The notes under the pieces: model-generated
Told to the model about the DNA's origin: nothing
Seen by the model: only the letters and a program-made list of their open reading frames with translations
The model's database searches: none
Shown: positions 1 to 9,756 of the stretch, in pieces
How the letters are laid out: each line of letters begins with the position of its first letter
Position numbering within the stretch: position 1 is the first letter of the stretch
Source of the DNA: Nanobdellota archaeon
Lineage (GTDB): Archaea; Nanobdellota; Nanobdellia; CSSed11-243R1
Length of the DNA stretch: 64,000 bases
Assembly (NCBI GenBank): GCA_021162365.1
Contig: JAGGYW010000020.1
Span: 9,154-73,153, forward strand
Direction of reading: 5' to 3'
Translations under genes and position numbers: made by a program

Positions 1-3000
1 ACACTTTCCATAGTGGAACCGATATAGATTGGATAAAATTCGAGTGTATACAAAATGAATCATACAATATTTCTGTGAGCGACTTAAATATCTACATTCA
101 GGTATATGTCCCTGATGGCTCCTCTCTCTCTTTAGATAGTTTTAACTACTACTATGATGGAAGCAGTTATAACATAAAGAGCTCGAAGGTCGTTTTTTAT
201 TGTAGCGAGAATAGCACGGTATATGTTAAATTAGAGTATAAATATTACGCAACAGCAACATACACTGTAAGTGTTATAAACACAAGTGTGCCAGCCAATG
301 AGTGGGATAACTACTACTTTAATGCTTCTTCAATTTCAACAGATGGTACATTGGTTTCAAAATCCTTCTCGTTCTTTTCTAATGATAAAGACTACTTCAA
401 ATTTGATGCAACTGCTGGAAGTATCTATGTAATTGAAACGAATAATGAGTCTGCAAATGTGGACACATATCTAACTCTTTTTGACACTGATGGAAAGACG
501 ATTATTAAAGAGAATGATGATGCTTCCGTTTATCTTAATTCAAGGATTGTGTGGAAGTGCCCTTCAGATGATACATACTACATTAGGGTTTGGGATAGAT
601 ATGGGAGAGAGGGAGATTATACACTTAAAGTATACTCCCCCACAATCACATCTCTACAGACAGATGGAACAAATGTAGGAAAAACATTTTCTAATGGGGA
701 TGCACACTACTTTAGTTTTTCAGCTACTACCGGCAACAGATATATTATAAAAACAATAAATACCTCCGCAAGCACAGATACTTATCTTAAAGTCTACAAT
801 TCCACATTTGATTTGGTCCAATACAATGATGATACATATTATACTGGCTTGCAAGATAAAAACTCATTGACGACAATATACGCGACAAATACGGACACTT
901 ATTATGTTGAAGTTTCAGACTACTATGTTGCTGGCGGAAGCTATGACATTTCTGTAGACTCGAATGTGCCGACCAAGTATAATGATAATTTTGAAGTTGA
1001 TGATGATTTCGCTCTTTCGAATTCAATTTCAGTTGACGGAACACCACAAACACATTCCTTTTATTACTATGGCGAATCCGATTTTGTCAATTTCTCTGCA
1101 ATTGCAGGAAACACATACAGAATTAAAACAGATAACATTGGTGGTAGAATAGTTGATACTTACTTGGTTCTCTACGATAGCAGTCATAAACTAATAGATT
1201 ATAATGATGACATTGGTAGTAGTTGCAGTCTAACCAACATAGACGATTGTCTTTCGGAGATTGACTTTACGCCAGACACATCAGGTGTTTATTATCTCAA
1301 GATTTGGGATATATCTTCTGCTGGAAATAACTACACCCTCTCTGTAGAACAAAACGGGACAATAACAACCACACTTGTAACACCTTCTGCAGATGTAAAT
1401 GTGACCAAGACCGGAATCTTTGAGTTTACTGTTAATGTTTCATGTAGTGGCGGGAGTTGTGGGGATGTTTCTGTTTATTTAGATCCAAAATATTCTGATA
1501 AAGTTGTGGAGAAGAAGGTATATGCCTCAAAAGAATTGCCAACAACAAGGGGAAGATACATCGTCATATTGAAGAATCCTTCCAGTGAATTTTCTACTTC
1601 ATCTGTAAGTTCTGATGTTAAATCCCTTCAGAAGAAGTTTTTGGATACAGCGCCAGATTTGAAGGTTGTCCGAGAGTATTCCTCATTCCCACTATTGTCT
1701 GTTGAATTAACAGGTGAGCAGCTAAGCGCGCTAAAGGACAATCCTTACATACTAGATGTAGTTCCGGATAGGGTTTTCCATGCTACATTAGATGAGAGTG
1801 TGCCACAAATAAAAGCAAATGATACTTGGAATGTTCAATATGCAAACACAAACATTACAGGATTATACCAAACGGTTTGCATACTTGATACAGGAGTTAA
1901 TTATTCTCATCCAGCACTAGCACATGCATATCTTGGTGGCTATGATTTTGTGAATAACGATAGTGATCCTATGGATGATTCTACTGGGAAAGCATATAGT
2001 CATGGGACACATGTTGCCGGTATAATTGTGTCTAATGACACTATCTACCGAGGCGTTGCTCCAAACGCTAAGTTTGTTGCTATTAAGGTTTTGAATTCAG
2101 TTGGTGGCGGGCAGGCGAGTGACATTCTCGCAGGCATTGATTGGTGTATTAACCATTCTTCACAATATAATATTTCTGTAATATCTATGAGTCTAGGTAC
2201 CGAAGGTGTTGGATGGAATGATACAACTTCGTGCGAGCAGGATAACAAAGAATGGATAGACCCCATCCAAACTGCTGTATCTAACGGTATCGCAGTTGTA
2301 GCTGCTTCAGGTAATGATGGATTCTCTGATAAGATAAATGCGCCAGCTTGCTTAGGGGATGTTATTTCTGTTGGTGCAGTTGACAAGAGCGATGAAGTGA
2401 CTAGTTATTCAAATGCAGCATCCATTTTAGATCTACTCGCTCCTGGAAGTGAAATAAATTCTACATGTAGAAATTGTGGATTTATGAGCATGTCTGGTAC
2501 ATCAATGGCAACACCACATGTTTCGGGAGCAATCTTGCTTTTGAATCAATATGAGAAGCTTCGTTTGGGTAGAAACTTAAAGCCAGACGAGGCATTAAAT
2601 TATCTAAAATCTTCTGGCAAGTCTATTTTAGATCCACGAAATGGGTTATCTTTCCCAAGGGTTGATGTGCTTGCAGCAGTTGAGCTTATGAATGGAACGA
2701 AAGATTTAGTGCCCATGGATTCGGGTACCCCATTCTTTACAACAACACACCCACAATACACAAACACAAGTCAAAACCCCTTTACAAATACTTGCCTTAG
2801 TAATATGAAAGATGGGGACTCATGTTTTGTTACATGGGTGGTTAATGCCACTGGAGCTGAAGATACTACATGGGAGTTTTATGCAGAATCAAAGGGTAAC
2901 TTTGCTGGAAGTGAATTAGATTCAATTTCCTCTAAAGTTAATGTGACTATAATCGCAGATGATTTGCCCCCAAATGTGGTTATAATATCTCCTCTAGATA

Positions 3001-5396
3001 GTCAAGTGTTTGGTAGGGGTGAAGTTCATATTAATGCGAGTTCAACGTGCCCTACCTCCCTTATTTCTCAGGTTTCATTTAAGCTTTTCAATTCAACAGG
3101 TGGGTTGGTGAAAAGCGGTAATTTAACAAAAGTTGTTGGAACATTCTATTGGAATACTTCATTTGATACAGCCAATCTAGCTTCTGGGGATTACATTCTA
3201 AATGTGACATCTGTTAATTCGCTAGGTAAATTGAGCTATGCTACGCGGGCAATAGTTATTGATGGTATTTCGCCAAATGTTATAATTCACACAAGTTACC
3301 CACAAAATTCTAGCACGCCTTATTTTAATTTCACAGCAACAGATGATCATAATCTAAGTTATGTATGGTATAAACTTAATGGAGTCGATGTTGCGAAGTA
3401 TCCTGCAAGCGGAACTTCTTTTTCAAGGAATGATACGCTTAATTTAAACTATCCCGGATGGAATTATGTTAAAATCTATGTAAATGATACCTCAAATAAT
3501 ACAATTAGTCGTATAAAAGAGTTTTATGAAATCTCTAAGATGAATGCAACTAAATGGGTGGATGAACACAACGCAACAATCTCCCCGAGTGGAGATGCAA
3601 TATGGAACAATCAAACATTTAACATATCTTTAAGTACAACACACTTTAACGTTACATTATATGATGTCAATGGAGAGCATGTTTGGTGGGATTATGATTT
3701 CTCTTTTGAGGAGAACAACACTGCCTTGAATAATATCACAGAAGATTATGGATTGACTCCCTACATAAACCTTTATCTTGATGAGAATTTAATTAGAGAT
3801 ACCATTTGCGATGGGGCTAACTGCGAGAATCTTACGAATAACGATTACGCAGAGGTTACCTTCTCTCCTAATTCGACAGGATATTATGCTATATACTCCT
3901 GTGGCAGGGGGATTCCAAGCGACTTTTCTTCATGTGAAAAGTTGGATGAATGTAACTCAACAAACAACATGAATTGTTATAATGATACTCCAACGAAAAC
4001 AATTGTTTACCTAAGTCGATTTTCGACATTAGTTGTAGTGAATGACACTACTCCGCCAAATGTTACTATAAATTCGCCAGAAGATAAAGCATATGATATA
4101 AGTAGTGGAATTTTGGTTAACGTTAGTTCTTCTCCAGATACAGTTGTATGTAATTATTCCATCGACAATGGAGCAAATAGTTCATTATCTAAGAATGGAG
4201 ATTATTTCATATCTACATTTGGTCCGATAAAAAATGGAAACCATAACCTGACTGTGTATTGTTGGGATGGTGCAGGTAATTTAGGGAATGATAGTGTTGA
4301 TTTCACAATTTATGATACTAACGCACCTTCAGTAAGTAGTGTGATTACGGATACTTCTAAGACAGCTGTGGAAATAGACTGGACAACAAATGAACCCTCA
4401 GATGGGAAAGTGACTCTTTATTCTGATAGTGCTTGTGGAAGTGAAAAGACATATAAAACAAGCAACACAATGTCACAGGCGCACTCACTAACGTTCGAGG
4501 ATTTATCCCCTGCTACAGATTACAGTTTTAAGGTCACATCAACTGATTATCAGGGAAATGAAGGCACTTCAATATGTTATACCTTTACAACAGATCCTCT
4601 TGAATCTCAGTCAGATGAAGGTGGAGGGGGTGGAGGAAATAGAACAACACAAACAGTAAGGGAAACTTTCTTCTGGAGCACTATCTCTCAAGGGGAGAGC
4701 GTTGTAGCAGATGTCAGAAGTGAATACATACCTGTAGATTCTTTAGAAATTTATTTGTCGAGTGAGATGATTAATGCAAAGTTGGAAGTCGAGTCCTATG
4801 ATGATAATCCACCACCAGGTGTACCTGAAGCACCCGTAGACATAATATACAAGTACTTTGGGATATCCACCAATTTTAATCAATACATAAATTGGATAAA
4901 GATAAAAATTAAAGTTCCAGCAAGTTGGTTTACTAACAATAACTATGACCCCAACAATGTTAGTTTGTATCATTACAGTTATATTTCTGAGAGGTGGGAA
5001 GAGGAGAATATAACTTATCTTGGTGAGTCAGATGGATATCACTTATATAGTGCCATAGTAAATAGCTTGTCTCCTTTTGCCATTTCTGCCGCAGAGCTTG
5101 AAGTCAAAGAATATTGTGGTAATGGAATATGTAACCAAAGTGCTGGCGAAAATTGTTCCACTTGCGAGGTAGATTGCGGGCTTTGTTTAACTAAAATCAT
5201 AAAAAATGAAACGCAAGGCAATTACACGGCAAGTTCCAACATTACTCCTCCCGAGAGCAATAATAACTTTGAAGTTGGATATTTTGAATATGTATTGATA
5301 GGTGTTGCTGTGGGGATAATTGGATTTTTTGTTATTCAGTTTAAATTACTGTCGAGGATGGAAAGACCAAAAAGAAAGAAGAGAAAGAGGCGATGA
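1..5396 (+). CDS. Surface-anchored subtilisin-like (S8) serine protease, 5'-partial (reading frame open to window start; ORF track start at 75 is an internal GTG)
   Basis: Catalytic triad motifs DTGVNYSHP (Asp), HGTHVAGII (His), GTSMATPHVSGA (Ser). Upstream I9-like propeptide. At least 4 N-terminal ~100-aa PPC-like repeats (pattern YYF..S...DG....SF.F.S..DYFKF.A.AG..Y.I.T.N.....DTYL.L.D..G.....NDD). Multiple Ig/FN3-like beta domains downstream. C-terminal TM helix followed by basic tail PKRKKRKRR. Very many N-x-S/T sequons. No stop codon in frame between nt 3 and 75. Confidence 0.85.
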   Translation, partial: TFHSGTDIDWIKFECIQNESYNISVSDLNIYIQVYVPDGSSLSLDSFNYYYDGSSYNIKSSKVVFYCSENSTVYVKLEYKYYATATYTVSVINTSVPANEWDNYYFNASSISTDGTLVSKSFSFFSNDKDYFKFDATAGSIYVIETNNESANVDTYLTLFDTDGKTIIKENDDASVYLNSRIVWKCPSDDTYYIRVWDRYGREGDYTLKVYSPTITSLQTDGTNVGKTFSNGDAHYFSFSATTGNRYIIKTINTSASTDTYLKVYNSTFDLVQYNDDTYYTGLQDKNSLTTIYATNTDTYYVEVSDYYVAGGSYDISVDSNVPTKYNDNFEVDDDFALSNSISVDGTPQTHSFYYYGESDFVNFSAIAGNTYRIKTDNIGGRIVDTYLVLYDSSHKLIDYNDDIGSSCSLTNIDDCLSEIDFTPDTSGVYYLKIWDISSAGNNYTLSVEQNGTITTTLVTPSADVNVTKTGIFEFTVNVSCSGGSCGDVSVYLDPKYSDKVVEKKVYASKELPTTRGRYIVILKNPSSEFSTSSVSSDVKSLQKKFLDTAPDLKVVREYSSFPLLSVELTGEQLSALKDNPYILDVVPDRVFHATLDESVPQIKANDTWNVQYANTNITGLYQTVCILDTGVNYSHPALAHAYLGGYDFVNNDSDPMDDSTGKAYSHGTHVAGIIVSNDTIYRGVAPNAKFVAIKVLNSVGGGQASDILAGIDWCINHSSQYNISVISMSLGTEGVGWNDTTSCEQDNKEWIDPIQTAVSNGIAVVAASGNDGFSDKINAPACLGDVISVGAVDKSDEVTSYSNAASILDLLAPGSEINSTCRNCGFMSMSGTSMATPHVSGAILLLNQYEKLRLGRNLKPDEALNYLKSSGKSILDPRNGLSFPRVDVLAAVELMNGTKDLVPMDSGTPFFTTTHPQYTNTSQNPFTNTCLSNMKDGDSCFVTWVVNATGAEDTTWEFYAESKGNFAGSELDSISSKVNVTIIADDLPPNVVIISPLDSQVFGRGEVHINASSTCPTSLISQVSFKLFNSTGGLVKSGNLTKVVGTFYWNTSFDTANLASGDYILNVTSVNSLGKLSYATRAIVIDGISPNVIIHTSYPQNSSTPYFNFTATDDHNLSYVWYKLNGVDVAKYPASGTSFSRNDTLNLNYPGWNYVKIYVNDTSNNTISRIKEFYEISKMNATKWVDEHNATISPSGDAIWNNQTFNISLSTTHFNVTLYDVNGEHVWWDYDFSFEENNTALNNITEDYGLTPYINLYLDENLIRDTICDGANCENLTNNDYAEVTFSPNSTGYYAIYSCGRGIPSDFSSCEKLDECNSTNNMNCYNDTPTKTIVYLSRFSTLVVVNDTTPPNVTINSPEDKAYDISSGILVNVSSSPDTVVCNYSIDNGANSSLSKNGDYFISTFGPIKNGNHNLTVYCWDGAGNLGNDSVDFTIYDTNAPSVSSVITDTSKTAVEIDWTTNEPSDGKVTLYSDSACGSEKTYKTSNTMSQAHSLTFEDLSPATDYSFKVTSTDYQGNEGTSICYTFTTDPLESQSDEGGGGGGNRTTQTVRETFFWSTISQGESVVADVRSEYIPVDSLEIYLSSEMINAKLEVESYDDNPPPGVPEAPVDIIYKYFGISTNFNQYINWIKIKIKVPASWFTNNNYDPNNVSLYHYSYISERWEEENITYLGESDGYHLYSAIVNSLSPFAISAAELEVKEYCGNGICNQSAGENCSTCEVDCGLCLTKIIKNETQGNYTASSNITPPESNNNFEVGYFEYVLIGVAVGIIGFFVIQFKLLSRMERPKRKKRKRR

Positions 5397-5959
5397 ATCC
5401 AATGAAAAGAGTATTCTTAGGGATCAAAATTCCGCAGGGTGTTTCAAAAGAGGTGTCCCTTTTTCAAAAAGAGTTGAAGAAGATTGATATTGATGCTAAG
5501 TTTGTTGAGGAAGAAAATTTACATATTAATCTTAAGTTTTTTGGCTCCCAGAGTGATGAGATAATTGACAAAATAATAGATGTTGTCAGTAATGTTGTGA
5601 AAGAATTTCAAGGTTTTAAGGTAACCCTCAAGGGAGTGGGTGCTTTTCCAAGTCAAAATTTTATACGGGTTGTCTGGATCGGCGTTCTTTCCAAAGAACT
5701 ACATGAGCTGTTCAACAGATTAGAGGAAAGGTTTGTTGAAATAGGCATCCTTAGTGAAGGTAGAGAATTCACACCACATCTTACGCTTGCGAGGTTGAGA
5801 TCACAAAAAAATAAAAATTTATTAATTGAAAAAATAAGAAGTAGCACAAACAAAGAGTTTGGTGAATTTTTTGTTTCGGAGATATATTTGATTGAAAGCA
5901 AGCTTTCGCCAAAAGGTCCAACATATTCGGATGTGAAAGTTTTCAGGTTAGGAAAATGA
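5393..5959 (+). CDS. 2H phosphoesterase, LigT/ThpR-like (RNA 2',3'-cyclic phosphodiesterase / 2'-5' RNA ligase family)
   Basis: About 185 aa. Two H-x-T/S-x-like motifs (LHINLKF and PHLTLARL) at the expected spacing. ATGA overlap with the upstream stop. Confidence 0.55.
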   Translation: MNPMKRVFLGIKIPQGVSKEVSLFQKELKKIDIDAKFVEEENLHINLKFFGSQSDEIIDKIIDVVSNVVKEFQGFKVTLKGVGAFPSQNFIRVVWIGVLSKELHELFNRLEERFVEIGILSEGREFTPHLTLARLRSQKNKNLLIEKIRSSTNKEFGEFFVSEIYLIESKLSPKGPTYSDVKVFRLGK

Positions 5960-8028
5960 AGAAGACAATAATCATTTGTGAAAAACCAACTGCTGCGAAA
6001 AAGATAGCTACTGCACTTTCTAATGGGAAATTAAAAGTAAAGGAATCAAAGGAAGGAGTTAAGTTTTATGAGTTTAAAATTAAGAATAGGAAGTATATAG
6101 CTGTTCCGGCTGTAGGGCACATATTTGCTTTGAAAGACACAAAGAAAGGATGGGATTACCCCATATTTGATATGGAATGGGTCCCTGTTTTTGAGGCAAA
6201 TAAAAGAGCAGAGTATGCTAAGAAATATTTTGAAACATTTAAAGAAGTTGCTGAAGGCGCAGATGAATTTATTGTTGCTACAGATTTAGATGAGGAAGGA
6301 AGTGTAATTGGATACAATATCCTTCGATTTTTATTTAACAAAAAAGATGCTAAGAGAATGATGTTCTCCACATTAACTAAAGATGATTTACAGAAGGCAT
6401 TCGAAAATTTGAGCAAACATCTTGACTTTGGTAGGATTGAATCAGGACTTACAAGACATTACTTAGATTTTCTTTGGGGTGTAAATGTTTCGAGAGCGTT
6501 AACCCTTTCTATTAAGCACTTTGGCAAAAAACTTAATCACTACTTATTATCTGCAGGAAGAGTACAGACACCCATGCTTTACTTTTTAATAAAGAGAGAA
6601 AAGGAGATTGCTGCCTTCAAGCCAAAACCATACTGGGAGTTGTATGCAGAAATAGCTACGAAGCCAGAGCTAAAAGCACATCACAGAAAACTTAAATTTT
6701 GGAAAAAGGGAGAGGTGGATAAAGCATATAAACATGCTGCAAAAAAGGTGGCGGTTGTAAAGAAGGTATCGAAGACAAAAACAAAAAAGGACCCACCGAA
6801 TCCATTTGATTTGACTTCTCTGCAAACAGAAGCATATAGGTTTTTTGGGTACTCCCCGAAAAGAACTTCGGACATTGCCCAAAATCTTTACACAAAAGGG
6901 TATATATCTTATCCAAGAACCTCCTCTCAAAAATTACCCAAGCAAATAGGGTATGCCTCTATCTTGAAGAACATAGCAAAAATAAAGAAATATGAAAAAG
7001 TTGCAAAGAAGCTTTTGTCAAAAAAAGAGTTGGTACCAAAGGAGGGAAAGAAGAGTGACCCAGCCCACCCAGCAATTTATCCAACAAAGGAAGTGCCAGA
7101 TATATCTAAGCTTCGTCCAGAGGAGAAGAAGCTTTATGATTTAATTGTAAGAAGGTTCCTTGCAGTGTTTGGAGAGCCAGCTATTAGAGAGTCAACTAAG
7201 GTTGTATTTGATATTGGTGGGGAAGATTTTGTTGCAACTGGTTCTAAAACTATAGAAAAAAATTGGATGGAATTTTATGGACCATATGCCAAGTTTGAGG
7301 AGGCAGAATTCCCAGATATTAGTGAAGGAGATAAGTTTAAAGTTAAGAAGTTGGACTTAGTTGAGAAGCAAACTCAACCGCCATCTAGATATTCCCAGGG
7401 ATCGATAGTTAAGGAATTAGAAAAGAGGAATTTGGGAACGAAGGCAACAAGGGCGTCCATTTTACAGACATTATACGATAGAGGGTACATAGAAGGAAAA
7501 AGCATTAAGGTTACTAAATTAGGAATGGCTGTCGGTAAGACCCTTGCGGAAAGTGTGCCTGACTTAACTTCAGAAAATTTAACGAGACAGTTCGAAAAGG
7601 AGATGGAGAAGGTAGAGAAAGGAAAGGTAAAGAGGGAGAAAGTAATTGCTGACGCGATTAAGGTTATTAAGAAAATTTCAAAAGAGTTTAAGGAGAATGA
7701 AAAGAGGATTGGACTAAAAATTGAAAAAGCAATATTAGATACTCAAGAGGAACAAAGCATACTCGGTGAGTGTCCGAAGTGTAAAACTGGTCAACTTAAG
7801 ATTCTTTATTCTCCTAAGACAAAGAAAAGGTTTGTTGGATGCACCAATTACCCTAAGTGTAACAATATCTACCCATTACCTGGAGGTGCAAAGGTTATAA
7901 ATACGGGGAGGATTTGCGAACATTGCCACACACCCATTGTAAAGATTATACGAAAAGGTAAGAGGCCATTTAACATGTGCTTGGATCCAAAGTGCAAAAC
8001 AAAGGAGAGTTGGGGTAAGAAAAAATAA
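5956..8028 (+). CDS. topA: Type IA DNA topoisomerase (topoisomerase I/III-like)
   Basis: N-terminal Toprim motif (IICEKPTAAKKIA, DLDEEG). Active-site tyrosine motif GYISYPRTSS. C-terminal Zn-ribbon repeats (CPKCKTG...CTNYPKC, CEHCHTP). No helicase domain, so not reverse gyrase. Confidence 0.85.
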   Translation: MKKTIIICEKPTAAKKIATALSNGKLKVKESKEGVKFYEFKIKNRKYIAVPAVGHIFALKDTKKGWDYPIFDMEWVPVFEANKRAEYAKKYFETFKEVAEGADEFIVATDLDEEGSVIGYNILRFLFNKKDAKRMMFSTLTKDDLQKAFENLSKHLDFGRIESGLTRHYLDFLWGVNVSRALTLSIKHFGKKLNHYLLSAGRVQTPMLYFLIKREKEIAAFKPKPYWELYAEIATKPELKAHHRKLKFWKKGEVDKAYKHAAKKVAVVKKVSKTKTKKDPPNPFDLTSLQTEAYRFFGYSPKRTSDIAQNLYTKGYISYPRTSSQKLPKQIGYASILKNIAKIKKYEKVAKKLLSKKELVPKEGKKSDPAHPAIYPTKEVPDISKLRPEEKKLYDLIVRRFLAVFGEPAIRESTKVVFDIGGEDFVATGSKTIEKNWMEFYGPYAKFEEAEFPDISEGDKFKVKKLDLVEKQTQPPSRYSQGSIVKELEKRNLGTKATRASILQTLYDRGYIEGKSIKVTKLGMAVGKTLAESVPDLTSENLTRQFEKEMEKVEKGKVKREKVIADAIKVIKKISKEFKENEKRIGLKIEKAILDTQEEQSILGECPKCKTGQLKILYSPKTKKRFVGCTNYPKCNNIYPLPGGAKVINTGRICEHCHTPIVKIIRKGKRPFNMCLDPKCKTKESWGKKK

Positions 8029-8083
8029 TCCCCCACAAGGAGATAACGGCATGTCAATTTTTTCTAATTCTTTTCCATTCCCA

Positions 8084-8091
8084 TTTATACA
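8084..8091 (+). promoter_or_regulatory. Candidate TATA box (TTTATACA) about 25-30 nt upstream of the TrmB-family gene ATG; suggests a leaderless or short-leader transcript
   Basis: AT-rich TATA-like octamer at the canonical archaeal distance from the start codon; not otherwise supported. Confidence 0.25.
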
Positions 8092-8113
8092 AAAGGAATG
8101 AATTATAATATAT

Positions 8114-8872
8114 ATGGTAAACGCGAAAGTGCTTTCATCCCTTAATGCAATTGGCTTGACGCAGTATGAGGCTAAGGTATACACAGCTCTTGCATCTGAA
8201 GGGGTGGCAACTGCAAAGGACATAAGTAATATTTGTGGCATACCTTATGGCAAAGTATACGAGATTTTAACTTCTCTTGCGAATAAAGGATTCATCCTGG
8301 TGCTCCCATCAAAGCCAATGAAATATAAGGTAGTGAATCCTGACAAGGTAGTTGACATCATAAAGAGTAATAATTTAAAGAAAATTGAGGATGCAAAGAA
8401 AGTTATTCTTAAAGAACTACTTCCCATTTTTAATAAACACGATTCATCTGGTTTTGAGGATGTTTATTGGGTGATTCACGGAAGGTCTGCAATTAATAAA
8501 AAGATTTCTGAGCTATTGAGTAAGGCAAAGAAGTATATCTACATCTTAACTTCTCCTAATGGAATAATTCGTTTAGGTTGTTGTGCAGAGTTAATAACGA
8601 AAGCTGCAAAAAAAGGAGTGAATGTTGTAATAATCTCCAAAGTTACGGATGAAAATAAGCAAATAGTAAAGCAGTTTAAATCATGTAAGATAATTAATTC
8701 AGATGTAAAGGGACATCTTGTATTAATAGATGGGAAAGAAGTTCTATTTTTTGACGCCATCCCAGATGATACTGATGTTAACTATGGGAGAGATAGTGGC
8801 ATTTTATCTCAGAATCCTGCCTTTGTGCAGTTCATGGAGTCATTTTTTGAGCTTCGCAGCAAATTCAAGTAG
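8114..8872 (+). CDS. TrmB-family transcriptional regulator (wHTH plus C-terminal sugar-binding-like domain)
   Basis: N-terminal motif LTQYEAKVYTALASEGVATAKDISNICGIPYGKVYEILTSLANKGFI is typical of the archaeal TrmB HTH; about 250 aa. Confidence 0.65.
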   Translation: MVNAKVLSSLNAIGLTQYEAKVYTALASEGVATAKDISNICGIPYGKVYEILTSLANKGFILVLPSKPMKYKVVNPDKVVDIIKSNNLKKIEDAKKVILKELLPIFNKHDSSGFEDVYWVIHGRSAINKKISELLSKAKKYIYILTSPNGIIRLGCCAELITKAAKKGVNVVIISKVTDENKQIVKQFKSCKIINSDVKGHLVLIDGKEVLFFDAIPDDTDVNYGRDSGILSQNPAFVQFMESFFELRSKFK

Positions 8873-9755
8873 TTACAATTGGAGAATCTAACAGCAAAAT
8901 TGTGTGCTCTGTTTGGGCGACCATCCCTCCACTTTCCTCTTTTAACACAGAGAAGTTATGCAGAATTCCATTTCTGGTTAGCTCTCTAAGTCCAAGCTCT
9001 AATCCAAAAGTACCTACTTCTTTTGCTAGCCATCTTTTCCCAAATGGCAATGTTTGATAATTCTCGCTAACAAAGTTTAAGATTTTTCTTGCAGTTTGAC
9101 TTCGTATCGGCTTCGGGTTCTCTAACATGAAAATATCTGATTTCATTGCATCTATTACTCTGCCAACACCATTTGTTGCAAATGGTTCAATTGCTATTGC
9201 CATTCCTTCTTCTAATTTTAAGGTGCTCCTGTTATCAAAATTTGGTATTGTTGGTGGTGTGTGATTTTGGTATTGCTCTAATCCGTGCCCGGAAAGATTA
9301 GCAATTGGAACAAAACCTTTTGACTTTATCGCATCTTCAATCACAGCACCAATTTTCGATATTTCTACCCCAGGCTTTGCAACATCAATTGCTGCCTTAA
9401 CCGCTTCTTCGCTTGCTTTTATTAGCTCATTCCAATTTTTAGTTCCAACCTCTATTGTTATTGCTGTATCAGCAATGTGTCCATCGACATGTACACCAAC
9501 ATCAACTTTTACCAAATCTCCTTTTTTGAATATAGTTTCATCATTAACTGTTGGTGTCCAGTGTGCGGCGATTTCATTTACAGAAAGATTCATGGGCCAC
9601 GCTGGCTTTCCACTAAGTTTAATTATTTCTTTCTCAAGTTTTTCTGCAACATCTAATGTTTTTGCATTTTCTTTTATTATCTCTCTTGCCAATTCTTTTA
9701 TTTTTTTGGCAATCTCACCTGCTTTTTTGTACTTTTCAATTACTTCTTCTTCCAT
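8865..9755 (-). CDS. map: Methionine aminopeptidase type 2 (archaeal MetAP2)
   Basis: Pita-bread metalloprotease motifs (AHWTPT, DLVKVDVGVHVDGHIADTAITI, HG..., metal-binding E/H residues). Start set at the internal Met (MEEEV) to avoid a 44-nt overlap with the polB stop; the ORF-track start at 9800 remains possible. Confidence 0.8.
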   Translation of the reverse strand: MEEEVIEKYKKAGEIAKKIKELAREIIKENAKTLDVAEKLEKEIIKLSGKPAWPMNLSVNEIAAHWTPTVNDETIFKKGDLVKVDVGVHVDGHIADTAITIEVGTKNWNELIKASEEAVKAAIDVAKPGVEISKIGAVIEDAIKSKGFVPIANLSGHGLEQYQNHTPPTIPNFDNRSTLKLEEGMAIAIEPFATNGVGRVIDAMKSDIFMLENPKPIRSQTARKILNFVSENYQTLPFGKRWLAKEVGTFGLELGLRELTRNGILHNFSVLKEESGGMVAQTEHTILLLDSPIVTT

Positions 9756-9756
9756 C

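Noticed and set aside
2045-2386. Antisense ORFs inside large genes, from the ORF track (e.g. 2045-2386, 9475-9855, 11804-12172, 47454-48032, 35955-36401, 25177-25476)
   Set aside because: These are shadow ORFs on the opposite strand of strongly supported genes (S8 protease, MetAP2, PolB, SufS, AglB, Trm5) with no independent motif support. Typical of AT-rich genomes.
5956-8028. Reverse gyrase
   Set aside because: It has a topoisomerase IA core with Zn ribbons but no N-terminal helicase domain and is only 690 aa. Called plain type IA topoisomerase.
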